Source: a virus
Lineage: Duplodnaviria > Caudoviricetes
Strand: one strand, 5' to 3'
IMG/VR virus record: IMGVR_UViG_3300020050_007300
Location: 1 to 64,000 of that record
Length of the DNA stretch: 64,000 nt
Shown here: positions 37,290 to 45,420 of the stretch, piece after piece
Numbering within the stretch: position 1 is the first letter of the stretch
Layout: each line of letters starts with the position of its first letter
Made by a program: the position numbers and the translations under genes
The notes under the pieces: generated by a model
Database searches by the model: none
Told to the model about the DNA's origin: nothing
What the model saw: the letters and a program-made list of their open reading frames with translations, nothing else

Positions 37290-38753
37290 CTACGTTGCAG
37301 CTTTATTGTTCTGGGACTTCACGCCTTTTGGCTGGTCCGAAGACATTGCACTGTTGTTGGAAGTCGGGTTACCGCCTGTTTGGGCAGTAGAAGACTTAAA
37401 CATAGTACCACTTAAAGGTGTGAAACCTGCTGGAGGTAGGTTACCAGTCAACAGTATGCAAGCCTCCTCGTCAAGCATGTAACCAAGGCTCGTAAGCTCC
37501 AGGATGCGGGACTGTTGGATGGCCCTGAAAGCCTCAAGTTCTGCCTCGGGGCGTAAGTCTATCGCTGCGTAGGTGAACTCCACGTAGCAGTCTTGGCCCA
37601 GCAAACGCACAGCCACGCTCAGGGCTCGACTGTACATCTCATTAAGCTTCACCCGAATACCGTTAGCCTGTTTAATGTACAGCAAGCTCTCTGTGGACGA
37701 AGCCATACTGTTGCTGCCGTGCCCCAGGATAACAGGCAAGGTCTTTGCGCCAGACGCAAGTTTTCCGTTCAGCACGCCCTGAATCTTTTGGATGATCGCA
37801 GAAGGGTCCCCACCTCCGTCAATGTAGCTGTATTTCACTGTGTCGTAAGTGACATAGCTGTCTTCCGGTGCCGAACCGTTGATAGTCGACTGGATTTCTT
37901 CGAGCAGTGTGGTGTAGTAAGCAGCACACTTGGCAGGGTCTTGCAACACATCCGGTGGCATCATCTTCTTGACTTTCTCAAAGTCAATAGAAGCAACCGT
38001 GCGTGGCAGCACAGCACGCTTGAGCGCCCTGCGAATGTCGTTGTTAAACTCAATGTCCGCGAGTACCGGCTGAATAGCCGACTCTATGTAACCGCTAGGG
38101 TATGAGTCCGTTTGAAACTTGTCAATCGTAGTGTAGATGACTGTAGGAAGGTCAAGGTCTATCTCTTCCCCTCCGATAAGTTGTACCAGACGGAAAGAAT
38201 TTTCTTCTTCGTACTGCCTTAAGGTGGTTACAGAGACAGGGTTCATGCTGGCAGGCACTCTAGCTTTGTCAAGGGCTACTTCCAGGCAAGCTGCTCCGTC
38301 CATAATCAGCTCAAGTGCCAGGGACTCTGACAGGGTCTGCAGGCCCATCTGGGTGCCGAACGAACCGTCTGCATTGCCAAGGTACGTCATGCGGCGCAGC
38401 AGTTCCTGCGCTAACTGTGTCGCAGGTACGTTAATTTTTCCGTCCATATCCCTAGCGACAGTTGTGTACTTCTCAGGAATACCTGTACGAAGTAGGAAGC
38501 TTACTGCTGCACTTAGGTCTGGGCTGGATTTGACGAGTTCTCGCAGAACTTTTGGGGTAGAGCCTTGGTCCCTTGCCGTTAAACGATTGGTGTTGGCAAG
38601 TTGCCGGTCAGTTTTCGCCACCACTGAAGTCTTGGGGGCTACGTTTGTGCGGTCACCTGGGACAGCTTGTGCGCCTTTAGGCGCTTTTGGCATGGGCATC
38701 GGCGGCAGCGTGCTGGCGTGCCACAGGCTTCTTACTTTGGAAAAGATGTTCAT
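37290..38753 (-). CDS. Portal protein
   Basis: 487 aa between TerL and protease; helical; typical size and position. Confidence 0.75.
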   Translation of the reverse strand: MNIFSKVRSLWHASTLPPMPMPKAPKGAQAVPGDRTNVAPKTSVVAKTDRQLANTNRLTARDQGSTPKVLRELVKSSPDLSAAVSFLLRTGIPEKYTTVARDMDGKINVPATQLAQELLRRMTYLGNADGSFGTQMGLQTLSESLALELIMDGAACLEVALDKARVPASMNPVSVTTLRQYEEENSFRLVQLIGGEEIDLDLPTVIYTTIDKFQTDSYPSGYIESAIQPVLADIEFNNDIRRALKRAVLPRTVASIDFEKVKKMMPPDVLQDPAKCAAYYTTLLEEIQSTINGSAPEDSYVTYDTVKYSYIDGGGDPSAIIQKIQGVLNGKLASGAKTLPVILGHGSNSMASSTESLLYIKQANGIRVKLNEMYSRALSVAVRLLGQDCYVEFTYAAIDLRPEAELEAFRAIQQSRILELTSLGYMLDEEACILLTGNLPPAGFTPLSGTMFKSSTAQTGGNPTSNNSAMSSDQPKGVKSQNNKAAT

Positions 38754-38834
38754 GGTGTTGACCTCTGAGCGCAGGAATCCGGCCCTTGGCCGGATTCTAG
38801 CTTCTTACACTTAAACCTTTACGGCAGATTTGAA

Positions 38835-40505
38835 CTACTGTTGGCGTCTAGGTTTGAGCACGGTTAGCATAGGCAGCGCTCCTACATTTACCCACCCACT
38901 CGCTGTACCTGCAAGTTTTGTGGCTATGTAGAAGTAGTGTAGGGCGTGGTGGTAGTGGTCCTCCCCTTTCGTCTTCTCCCACTTATACTTGAAGCCGTCT
39001 TTAGTAAGTACACGTACACGTTTCATATCTCTCAGATGTGAGACAAACTCTTCGTCATCTGGTTGCTTCTTGATAGCGATGTTCAAAGCTTTAAACTCAG
39101 CCATCAAGCCGTCAAACGAAATGTCCCGGTTAATGTTAACTCGTGTTACGTTCAGCTTTCCTTCTTCCGGCTCAGCCTCTGCCCTTGTCACTGTGTAAGT
39201 TTCACCAACCTTTCGGTCTACATAAATTGCACCGTAAGCATTTGGGTCGTAAGTGGTGATTCGGTTAACAAGGTCTGTGTACGGAAACATATCGTGCACT
39301 GACACCGTTACGCGAAACTGTTTGCACAACTCCTGCCTACGTTCGATGAACTTTGTGTAGTTAATCCTTTCTCTGTGCACTACCAACACTTTACCGTCTG
39401 AGGCTATTCTGCCAATGACAACGTGGCAGGTTAAGCCCATATCAGCACCTAAGAAGTGAACCGTTGACTCTGTGAAGTCAGCATCAACTAGCGACTTTCT
39501 TACGTCTGATTCTAGTAACGACTCTTCTCCGTCTTCCGCAGTCAAGCCCAGGGCTTGGTTGCAGAACTCTGACCACTTGGCAAATGTCGCGCTAGTACGC
39601 ACCAGATAAGCAGGTGTAATGATACTCGGCGCACAGAAGGGACTAACGTAGAGAGCCTTCTCGTCGTAGTTATCGCCTGGGTTCTCAAGCACCCAGTTTC
39701 GGTACTTCAGGTCAGTTCTGGGCTCTCTGCCGCAGCAGGGGCACAGCAATTTAGACGCCTGCCAGTCAAGGTCTTTCAGGACCGTCTTGGTAATCTCTTT
39801 CTTTGGTCTGTCCCAACCAGGAATTTTTACGTCTTTCTCGTAGCTAGGCAGCCACAGGTGGTTGCACTTGTCGCACTTCCACATCTGGCGATAGCGTTTT
39901 GCTGTCTCCGCGAGGAGTGAGACCCCGTATTTTTCTACTGTGGGGGTGGAGAAAACCCTGCGCATCTTGGTGGGTTTGTGTTGCAACCGACTGACGTAAG
40001 TTGCAATATTGTCCATGTCTGACTTGTCGTATTCGTCGTGAATCAACAAGTCTGCAGGCACTGACAAGCCGCCTGTCTCCGATATAGTCCCCCGCACATA
40101 GGCAAAACTGTTCGCACCGAATTGCTTTAACGCTACAGTGTTTATGCTCTTGCTCATCATGCGGCGAATCTCAGCACTGTCCGCTATGATTGGGTCGATA
40201 CGAGTTCGTGTAAAGTTTTCCGCGTCTGTGCTGGTAGGGAACGTCCACATCAAGGTGAAGTTCTCTTGGGTGCTGACACAGGCAAGTGCCCACCGTGCGA
40301 AGATCTCGGAGAGTCCGGTTTGCGCAGCTTTTACTACGATCAGGTTCTTTTCTAGGTCGCCAATAATGTCTTTTTGGTACTCATGTCCCTTAAAAGAGAA
40401 CGGCTTTCCCTCGATTTTGGTGTGCTTAACAATCCAATCCGCAAGGTTTCCCAGTGTGTAGGTGTTGTTGACCCCGTCTTTCAGGCGCCGAATGTGGTCA
40501 TGCAT
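38835..40505 (-). CDS. Terminase large subunit (GpA-type)
   Basis: FSFKGHEYQ, KAAQTGLSE Walker A, IHDEYD Walker B, FSTPT motif III, CxxC pairs, GADMG and DHYHHA nuclease motifs. Confidence 0.9.
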   Translation of the reverse strand: MHDHIRRLKDGVNNTYTLGNLADWIVKHTKIEGKPFSFKGHEYQKDIIGDLEKNLIVVKAAQTGLSEIFARWALACVSTQENFTLMWTFPTSTDAENFTRTRIDPIIADSAEIRRMMSKSINTVALKQFGANSFAYVRGTISETGGLSVPADLLIHDEYDKSDMDNIATYVSRLQHKPTKMRRVFSTPTVEKYGVSLLAETAKRYRQMWKCDKCNHLWLPSYEKDVKIPGWDRPKKEITKTVLKDLDWQASKLLCPCCGREPRTDLKYRNWVLENPGDNYDEKALYVSPFCAPSIITPAYLVRTSATFAKWSEFCNQALGLTAEDGEESLLESDVRKSLVDADFTESTVHFLGADMGLTCHVVIGRIASDGKVLVVHRERINYTKFIERRQELCKQFRVTVSVHDMFPYTDLVNRITTYDPNAYGAIYVDRKVGETYTVTRAEAEPEEGKLNVTRVNINRDISFDGLMAEFKALNIAIKKQPDDEEFVSHLRDMKRVRVLTKDGFKYKWEKTKGEDHYHHALHYFYIATKLAGTASGWVNVGALPMLTVLKPRRQQ

Positions 40506-40860
40506 TGCTTAAGGCCTCTTCATAAGCCGCAAAGAAGGCCTCACTCAGCTCTGGAAATTTCTTCAAAACTGTGATTAGTGTGCCTTCGTAGAGCTTTAAA
40601 CGCTCTGCGTCATACAGTTCTGTCTGGTTTTTAGTGATGCTAGTTAGGATACTGTTGATAGTGTTTAACAGTTGAGCCTTTTGGCTTAGCGGTATTTCTT
40701 CGTCGTACTCTGTAGCTTCCCTCAGAATCAAGGCGTTCTTGTACTGAGCCAGCAACTCTCCGTCAAGGTCTAGCTCTGCCAGTTTTGTGGCGTGAACTCT
40801 ACTTGGTGGAAGCGTGTTCAGCTTTTCTGTTGGTTTAGGTTCGTCAAAAGAGTCAAACAT
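40498..40860 (-). CDS. Probable terminase small subunit
   Basis: 120 aa helical protein overlapping the TerL start. Confidence 0.45.
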   Translation of the reverse strand: MFDSFDEPKPTEKLNTLPPSRVHATKLAELDLDGELLAQYKNALILREATEYDEEIPLSQKAQLLNTINSILTSITKNQTELYDAERLKLYEGTLITVLKKFPELSEAFFAAYEEALSNA

Positions 40861-41287
40861 GCTTCTCTTTCCTTGCGTAGTTCATGCTGAGTTTGCGCTG
40901 CTCTAGCAGGATTTGCTCGTAACCTTCAACAAGTTCTGGGTAGCGCTTCTTTGCTTTAGCAAGGTGCCTCCACATGGTGTGGTAGCTGACACAGCACTTC
41001 TTTGCTGCACCATCAATGGACAGTCTGCCTTCAAGGATTTCTTTGGCCACGCTGAGTTTGAAGTCCTTGCGAGCCTCTATCAGAACACCCTTGTCAACTA
41101 TCGGCTTCTTGCCTGGGAACGCAAAGCTCAAGTGTTTTTCGTGTACGTCAAGCACCTTGGCAAGTTCCCTGGTCGTGATGTTTCGGTTGTACAGGTCCAG
41201 CTTCTGCTGCTCTGTGATACGGCTTTGCAGTGCGTTGGGCCGTCTGGGGTTGGCCTTGCGCCAGGAGCTGGGGTATTTGTCTGTCAT
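40853..41287 (-). CDS. Helix-turn-helix DNA-binding protein, first gene of the late operon (start revised to 41287)
   Basis: Two HTH-like segments (ITTRELAKVLDVHEKHL; LSIDGAAKKCCVSYHTMWRHL); basic. Confidence 0.65.
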   Translation of the reverse strand: MTDKYPSSWRKANPRRPNALQSRITEQQKLDLYNRNITTRELAKVLDVHEKHLSFAFPGKKPIVDKGVLIEARKDFKLSVAKEILEGRLSIDGAAKKCCVSYHTMWRHLAKAKKRYPELVEGYEQILLEQRKLSMNYARKEKHV

Positions 41288-41293
41288 GCGGGG

Positions 41294-41322
41294 ATTGTAC
41301 GGGAGATTTTGGGTTATGCTAA
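41294..41322 (-). promoter_or_regulatory. Sigma70-type promoter predicted to give a leaderless transcript
   Basis: TTAGCA (41322-41317) - 17 bp - TACAAT (41299-41294); predicted +1 is about 41287, the A of the ATG. Confidence 0.55.
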
Positions 41323-41401
41323 TAGTGACTGTTGTGTAGTGGCTGTTGAAAGTCAATTTGTGGTGGAAATTTTGAAAATTTTTCCGGAGGGGTAAGGCGC
41401 G

Positions 41402-41870
41402 GTATACACTTCTGTATACAAAAGTAGGTGTACGTCACTTTGTATACAACACCCACCCCTACCCTCACACTGTATACAATCCCACACTGTATACAATCTC
41501 CACATACAAAGCAACACCCCTCACCTCTCGATTGTATACACCAAACCCGACTCTACCTTCAGTGTATACACCATCCCATACACCATCCCATACACCGTCA
41601 GTACACAACACCTGAGACTGTATACACAACCCGTGCACAACCCGTACACCATCCCCTATAGTGTATACACCATCCACATACACACCTAGCATACCGTATC
41701 TCACATTGTATACACAATCTCCGTACCCCCATCTCACACTGTATACACACCTAGCATACACAACCTAACATCGTATACATAACCCGTACACAATCACACC
41801 CAGTGTATACATAACCCGCATACACCCTCTCACACTGTATACACACCTAGCATACACATGCCCCTACACT
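41402..41870. repeat. Array of 14 GTATAC palindromes in G-poor (+ strand) low-complexity DNA, including a 31-bp direct repeat
   Basis: GTATAC starts at 41402, 41414, 41442, 41472, 41489, 41534, 41564, 41620, 41663, 41708, 41741, 41773, 41805, 41837; identical 31-mers at 41732-41762 and 41828-41858. Confidence 0.9.
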
Positions 41871-41949
41871 TGACATAACTACTGACCTAGGATATTCGCG
41901 TGCATGGGCGCGCACCTTGTTAATTAGGCATACCCTAGTCCCTACGCTA

Positions 41950-41965
41950 TTACAAATTGTTACAA
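41950..41965 (+). promoter_or_regulatory. OmpR/PhoB-family type direct-repeat box (copy 1)
   Basis: TTACAAATTGTTACAA, TTACA half-sites with 11-bp period; 15/16 identical to 45126-45141. Confidence 0.45.
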
Positions 41966-41995
41966 ACTATCCCGGCTTAACTGCCCTTATACCTA

Positions 41996-42001
41996 TATAA
42001 T
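41996..42001 (+). promoter_or_regulatory. -10 element of the promoter for the candidate ncRNA / early region
   Basis: Consensus TATAAT; predicted +1 about 42008-42009 coincides with the first hairpin; no recognisable -35. Confidence 0.55.
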
Positions 42002-42008
42002 CCACTAC

Positions 42009-42881
42009 ATGCACCGGGCAACCGGGGCATAACGGGTAAGCCTAGCAACTTACCTAAAAATAAATTCTGGTAAGGTTTAAAAACCATGCTAGAATAGATA
42101 CCAGAACGAAACGATAGGCGTATAACCCGATAAGGGAAAACCCCTAGAAGATAGTTCTAAAACCTAGGTTATAATCTAACCTAAGCGAAACGGCCTGATC
42201 GTAGGCTGTAGTGGTAATAAAGGGTGGCACGGTCCTAGGGAAACCTATCGGATATAGCCTGCTGCCCCGTAAAGCACAACGCGGAAGTTCTTTAAAAATT
42301 GACGTGCATAGTAAAAAACAGTGTCGGTTAACCGCGACACAATGTAATAAAGGTTTGAAGCAACTCGCAAGAGTCTCGGCGTAGAGTGATCTAAAAAAGC
42401 ATTGTGACAAAGTAGCAAACGCTATTAATAGCCCAAAGCGGGCAACATCCCTAGGGTGTTGGATGCACGTTACATATTAAACTTAGGGGACCACTTACGA
42501 CACACCGTAGGCCCGTGCCCTATTTCCACCCCCATGCTGTAAAGTGTTTTCGTTGCTAAACGAGGCATGAGCGCAACCTGAGTGCGCTACAGTAGCGGGG
42601 TGGTATGGATGGTAAAAACCATTGCCACTAGTGCGCAGAATGACTAGTAACGTAACCCTGCCCGACGTTGAATAACGGGCTTAACTATTCAATAGAGGGT
42701 ATCCCCATTCAAACTTTGATTCATCCGGCCTAATCCCCGGTCAAACCGTGCCCCTGCACATATGCTGCATCATAGGGGTTTGCCAAAAACCATTGTTTTA
42801 ATAACGATGTATCGGCACGCACGATAAATAAATACGCTTTAACCGCCTCTCTATGGATAGGCGGTTGCGTCGTGTTTATTT
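42009..42881 (+). ncRNA. Candidate giant (~870 nt) structured non-coding RNA
   Basis: No + strand ORF of 60 aa or more; near-continuous stems; four GNRA-capped hairpins; long-range helices; H-type pseudoknot at 42660-42692; terminator-like 3' hairpin at 42826-42881. Confidence 0.62.
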
Positions 42882-42897
42882 CACTTTGGAGAAAAAT

Positions 42898-43083
42898 ATG
42901 CAATTCATTCGCTGTCAGATTTTGAGCGCTGCAATCGCTTTAGTGCCCACTTCCATCTTGGCCTATGCGCTTAACGTACAAAGTGTTACGTTAGACTTGT
43001 TCGTTATTTTTAGCGTCACAACCACTATTGCAACAGCCACTATTGCAACGGCTACTTGCTTTATTTTGACCCGCAAAGTCTAA
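42898..43083 (+). CDS. Small two-TM membrane protein, paralog A (61 aa; start revised)
   Basis: GGAG RBS; hydrophobic; shares a 26-bp exact repeat with paralog B. Confidence 0.6.
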   Translation: MQFIRCQILSAAIALVPTSILAYALNVQSVTLDLFVIFSVTTTIATATIATATCFILTRKV

Positions 43084-43096
43084 CCATAAGGTAACT

Positions 43097-43261
43097 ATGA
43101 AAATTGTCGCTTGCCTGATTGCAGCCGCTGCAATCGCTTTAGTGCCCACTTACGCTCTTGCCCATGCGGCAGACGTAAGCACTCTAACGTTTGGCTTGTT
43201 CGTTACTTACAGTGGCGTAACAATCTTTGTTGCCACCGCAATCGCAGTGCTTACAGAATGA
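43097..43261 (+). CDS. Small two-TM membrane protein, paralog B (54 aa), not in the ORF track
   Basis: TAAGG RBS; MKIVACLIAAAAIALVPTYALAHAADVSTLTFGLFVTYSGVTIFVATAIAVLTE. Confidence 0.6.
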   Translation: MKIVACLIAAAAIALVPTYALAHAADVSTLTFGLFVTYSGVTIFVATAIAVLTE

Positions 43262-43383
43262 AACAAGCCGAAAAGGCGCTGCAAATTCAGCGCACATTAG
43301 GAACCCGTGCCGCTGCGGGTTACTTGCGAAACCGTGGATGGTGCATTACTTATGCACTGCATCTACTAACAAGGGTGAAATGA
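43258..43383 (+). CDS. Small early hypothetical protein (41 aa; start revised)
   Basis: ATGA coupling; GTRAAAGYLRNRGW motif. Confidence 0.55.
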   Translation: MKQAEKALQIQRTLGTRAAAGYLRNRGWCITYALHLLTRVK

Positions 43384-43517
43384 TGTTCACCTTTGAATGC
43401 TGGTTGAACCCTGAACACTGTAACCGCATAACGGTTACAGCCCTTAATCTGTTTTTAGCTGAACAGATTGTTATAGGCCGGTTTGCGCCTCTATACCTGC
43501 AACATTTACCCGATTAG
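43380..43517 (+). CDS. Small hypothetical protein (45 aa; start revised)
   Basis: ATGA coupling; AAGG RBS. Confidence 0.45.
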   Translation: MMFTFECWLNPEHCNRITVTALNLFLAEQIVIGRFAPLYLQHLPD

Positions 43518-43525
43518 AGCCTACC

Positions 43526-43546
43526 AAATAGCCCCCTAGGCTATTT
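43526..43546 (+). terminator. Hairpin (terminator or processing site)
   Basis: AAATAGCC-CCCTA-GGCTATTT. Confidence 0.4.
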
Positions 43547-43604
43547 AGTGCGTTTTGCACTGATACCGCGCCAATATCTAGGCGCAACTTAAGAGGAATC
43601 TACC

Positions 43605-44267
43605 ATGAGCAACATCACCAAGTTCGATGCATCCTGCACCACCATCGCAGTCGCAACCAAGAAAGGCACCACGGAGCGCACCTTGTTGGGCGTGATTATG
43701 TCCACCAGCAAGGCCGCTAAACAAGCTGGCTCCAAGCATCTGGCCGAAAAGTGGTGGAGCAATGGCCAATTTGCACCGTTGGCACGTGAGTGCGCTAACG
43801 TGTTTGGTGCGTTGTTCACTGACTTTGTGACACACCCTGCTATTGCTATGGACGTTACCACGGGCCGTATTACCAACCCCCATATGACGAACCGCGCAGC
43901 ATGGGATAGCGTTATCGCGGGCTTGAATGCCAAAGACCAAGCCCTGAATAAGAAGGGCTTGCCTGCACCATTCAAGGGTGAAAAGCGTATGTTGTTGGAC
44001 TCTTTGAACCATGCGGTTTTGGTTTTTGAGATGAATCAGAAACTGGCTGAAGAAGCGGCGGCAAAGCAGTTTGACGACAAAGTGGCCGCAGTGCAGTTTG
44101 ACGCGGTAGAGGGTACGTCGGCATCCACCGACGTATCCGGGGCCGTTGTGGGCGGTTTGGATGCCCTTGCCTTGCCCTTGCTGGAAGGCACGGTGCTGGA
44201 TGCCGCAATCGCGGAGCAGTTTGCCGCCCTCGAAGCCGCACCAGCCCTCGAAGAAGCCCCGTTCTAA
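43605..44267 (+). CDS. Early hypothetical protein with acidic Ala-rich tail
   Basis: 220 aa; GAGGA RBS; biased codons. Confidence 0.75.
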   Translation: MSNITKFDASCTTIAVATKKGTTERTLLGVIMSTSKAAKQAGSKHLAEKWWSNGQFAPLARECANVFGALFTDFVTHPAIAMDVTTGRITNPHMTNRAAWDSVIAGLNAKDQALNKKGLPAPFKGEKRMLLDSLNHAVLVFEMNQKLAEEAAAKQFDDKVAAVQFDAVEGTSASTDVSGAVVGGLDALALPLLEGTVLDAAIAEQFAALEAAPALEEAPF

Positions 44268-44413
44268 TGCTGCACCCCGCCTTGATTAGCAAGGTTTGTT
44301 TGATGGCGGTATCGGCAACGATAGATGCCATCAACCCCTACACCCCCATTTACTATGCACGCCACAATCTGCAATGGTTTTGTGATGTGCGCTTAGAGTG
44401 GATAAAAATATGA
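44267..44413 (+). CDS. Small hypothetical protein (48 aa)
   Basis: TAATG coupling; fills the gap between neighbours. Confidence 0.4.
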   Translation: MLHPALISKVCLMAVSATIDAINPYTPIYYARHNLQWFCDVRLEWIKI

Positions 44414-44592
44414 CTGCCTCTGGGGAATTTTCTTACGTGTGTTTCTTCTATACAGTGGAAGGTTTTCGCACCTTTACATATAGAAACCATCGTACAAATG
44501 GCAAGGGTACTGTTTTGCCCTTGCATTATGGCGGCGGTAATGCGGACTTTAACAAGGTCTTTGTTTGTACTTCCTTGTTGCGAAAGGTTTGA
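44410..44592 (+). CDS. Small hypothetical protein (60 aa)
   Basis: ATGA coupling. Confidence 0.4.
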   Translation: MTASGEFSYVCFFYTVEGFRTFTYRNHRTNGKGTVLPLHYGGGNADFNKVFVCTSLLRKV

Positions 44593-44746
44593 GGTATGCC
44601 TTAAATAAACCTAAACCTCTAGTTGTTAGGCGGGTATTCTACCTTTGGTGTGGCGAGCCATTAACGCATAAGTAAAGCCTTAAACCTCGATCTCTACGGG
44701 TGAAATACCGCCGGATAAACGTAACCGGCATCAATTGGAGTTTCAA

Positions 44747-44893
44747 ATGAAACCATGCCACCCAGCCGTCGCCGCTGCAATTGCTGAATACCGTCAGGCT
44801 TTGTTGATGGTCCGGCAAGGTTTGCTAGGCAATGCCCAAATTTCCCGTGACAAAGTTCGTTTGCTGCATAGGCTAATCCATGTTCACCATTGA
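44747..44893 (+). CDS. Small hypothetical protein (48 aa), not in the ORF track
   Basis: GGAG RBS; MKPCHPAVAAAIAEYRQALL.. Confidence 0.5.
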   Translation: MKPCHPAVAAAIAEYRQALLMVRQGLLGNAQISRDKVRLLHRLIHVHH

Positions 44894-45119
44894 CTCTTAC
44901 GTGAGCGCAGTTATCGCTCACTCTAAAACAAAGACTTGGTGGAACTGCACCGTGGAAGTTTCGCACGGCGGAAAAATCCATACCGTAGGCTGCAAAGCTT
45001 TCGGTTTGTGGGTTCAAAGAGTCGAATGCAACGGCATTCGCTCAGACGTTCCTGAATGCAAAACGCAAAGGGCTTTTCGAGAGGCGTTTGTTCGCGAACT
45101 TGAAAAGATTTTGCGGTGA
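44880..45119 (+). CDS. Hypothetical protein
   Basis: 79 aa ORF overlapping the previous stop. Confidence 0.55.
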   Translation: MFTIDSYVSAVIAHSKTKTWWNCTVEVSHGGKIHTVGCKAFGLWVQRVECNGIRSDVPECKTQRAFREAFVRELEKILR

Positions 45120-45125
45120 TTAACT

Positions 45126-45141
45126 TTACATATTGTTACAA
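45126..45141 (+). promoter_or_regulatory. OmpR/PhoB-family type direct-repeat box (copy 2)
   Basis: TTACATATTGTTACAA contains TACATNTNGTTACA exactly. Confidence 0.45.
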
Positions 45142-45193
45142 TTTTCAGCTTTTAATGGCCAAATTTGTGCATTTTGTGACATACAAAGGAAAA

Positions 45194-45353
45194 TGACTAT
45201 CTAAGGACGGTCATTTTGTCCTCAAATATTGTGATTTTTGTAAATTTTCGTATTTTTAAGGATGGTTATTTGTGACTGACTATCTAATTCTGACTATTTC
45301 TGCCTCTTGTATTTGCGCTGAGATTTGTGCTCAGGATGAAAATCGACTATTTA
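45194..45353 (+). repeat. Cluster of (T/C)GACTAT(C/T)T short direct repeats (iteron-like)
   Basis: Copies at 45194, 45277, 45291, 45344 in AT-rich non-coding DNA; fifth copy at 46299. Confidence 0.5.
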
Positions 45354-45420
45354 CCAGCGTTTGTTTCGCTCGCCTTGGAAATACTTACAGCTTGTCAGCC
45401 TGTTTCTTCGGAGAAAATTT

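Noticed and set aside
1-40000. Apparent abundance of CTGCAG/TGCA words as a restriction-related signal
   Set aside because: Explained adequately by preference for CTG and GCA codons; not quantified
1009-40505. Introns, inteins, stop-codon reassignment or a diversity-generating retroelement
   Set aside because: PolA, TerL, MCP and tail genes are uninterrupted under the standard code; no reverse transcriptase or template/variable repeat pair seen
41465-41761. 98-aa minus-strand ORF rich in VY/GV
   Set aside because: The translation simply mirrors the GTGTATAC repeats; no RBS; most likely a by-product of the DNA repeat
41402-41870. CRISPR array or mini-array
   Set aside because: The repeat core is only 6-8 bp, spacing is irregular, and the intervening sequences are themselves low-complexity and mutually similar rather than unique spacers; no cas genes in the window
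42181-42210. Hammerhead ribozyme (GAAA and CTGAT close together)
   Set aside because: The sequence is CTGATCG, not CUGANGA, and the order and stems do not fit the hammerhead core
42144-42410. 88-aa minus-strand ORF within the candidate ncRNA
   Set aside because: No RBS, atypical composition, and antisense to a region whose GNRA loops indicate + strand RNA
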